DNA of 64,000 nucleotides from positions 69,604,788 through 69,668,787 of the forward strand of contig CM120640.1 in the NCBI GenBank assembly GCA_051362555.1. The letters run 5' to 3'. Below are positions 62,841-64,000 of the stretch, in pieces. This DNA is from Lingula anatina (Eukaryota > Animalia > Brachiopoda). Made by a program: the position numbers and the translations under genes. Under the pieces are notes generated by a model that saw only the letters and a program-made list of their open reading frames with translations, did not search any database and was not told the DNA's origin. How positions within the stretch are numbered: position 1 is the stretch's first letter; the number at the start of each line of letters is the position of its first letter.

Positions 62841-63971
62841 TCAGACTATGCTACTTTAGAGAAAATAAACTTTCAACAAGAGTAAACATTAGATTTGTAG
62901 GTGTAAAGCTGCCATATAGACTTATAAACCTAAGATATTACTTACTTTTTAAAGCTGCTTTTTTTGCATGGAAATGATTTCATTTCGTTTTTATGATCCA
63001 CGTGACTTTCAATGAAATACAATCTGTCTTATTTCTTATATCTATTTATAAAAATATCTTCTTTTTTACTTGGCAAATAGACATGTGCCTTGCTATTATT
63101 ATGAGATATATGCTAAAAGCGTAAAAAGGATAGGGTTTGTAGAAAAAAAGATGCATAAAAGAAAAAACAAGTTGTAAAATCATTTTATGCGAGATAAACC
63201 TTTAGTGGACTACATGTATTTTATCAAAACTAAATAAAGATAAAAAATGATTAGGTTAACAAAAACACTTTTGCTAAAATTTATGACGCCAGGTTATAAT
63301 TGTAATTAGTAGTAGGTAAGCTTTTGAGCAATTAAAGTTCAGTTGTGTTTTGACGTATGTTATGTGGAAATTGCAAGAAGTAACCCCCTTTAGCAAGAGG
63401 CGCATCAAAAGTAGGCATATAAAAAGTCTGTGCACGCCTTGAAAGTATTAACTGCAGTAGAAAAATAGAAGAATAATCAGTTTATGTATCATTTATAAAG
63501 CTTATCTTTTATTATCTACACTTAATAAGAAATGTATAAAGCTTATCTTTCATTATCTACACTAAATAAGAAATGTCTAAGGCACAGTTTTTATGTAATA
63601 CAGAAAATGAAAAAGTTTAGTCTTAAAATTAAATCAAGAGTCTACACAGAAGAATTTCCATCAGAAAATTAAGTATAAGGTTTTCTTACCTCGTCGCCTA
63701 CCGAATTAAACGCTTTATACTGTAGGCCTACATAGCACCACGAAATCCAAAAATTCTAACGAGTAACTAATTTACCTTTCTAAAGATTTAAAAATTATAA
63801 AAAAGTAAAATAAAGTCCCTTTTATTTAAATATAAATTCCACTGTAAATAAACATACTGTCTAAAGTACATGGGAACCAAATAACGACAACGTCAGTTTA
63901 ATAGATCAGTTTTCATTTTTGTTATATGTTGTGAAATCTAACAGTGACCTTAGATTTTTTTTTTTTTGCAC

Positions 63972-64000
63972 CTGGCGGTACACATGGTTTTAGTCCCGAC
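63972..64000 (+). mobile_element. 5' end of another copy of the HINE family seen at 9131
   Basis: ctggcggtacacatggttttagtcccgac matches 9151-9179 with one mismatch and follows a T-run. Confidence 0.7.

Overview
AT-rich, intron-containing animal genomic DNA. The repeat landscape suggests a mollusc or other spiralian (inference only). Splicing exons by hand at GT/AG sites gives: the last coding exon of an unidentified gene at the left edge; a 6-exon SPT2/SPTY2D1 gene (+); two tandem 4-exon GPR157-like GPCR paralogues (-) with an NtA/TIMP-like, probably GPI-anchored protein gene (+) between them; a 10-exon DEG/ENaC channel (-); a tandem duplication carrying two tiny 3-exon secreted-peptide precursor genes (-), one intact and one frameshifted, which the ORF track misses; a 12-exon astacin+MAM metalloprotease (-); a small 4-exon orphan gene (-) whose last codons are split by a Harbinger-type MITE; and the signal-peptide exon of another secreted-protein gene (+). 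Mobile DNA includes RTEX-like and CR1-like LINE fragments, a Helentron-type (HINE) element with a 146-bp satellite, and several MITEs. The best candidate for an undescribed system is the peptide precursor pair: signal peptide + short, divergent, Lys-rich peptide + GK amidation site + conserved acidic propiece. It lies co-oriented between a DEG/ENaC channel and an astacin protease. All family assignments come from motif recognition, not database searches.
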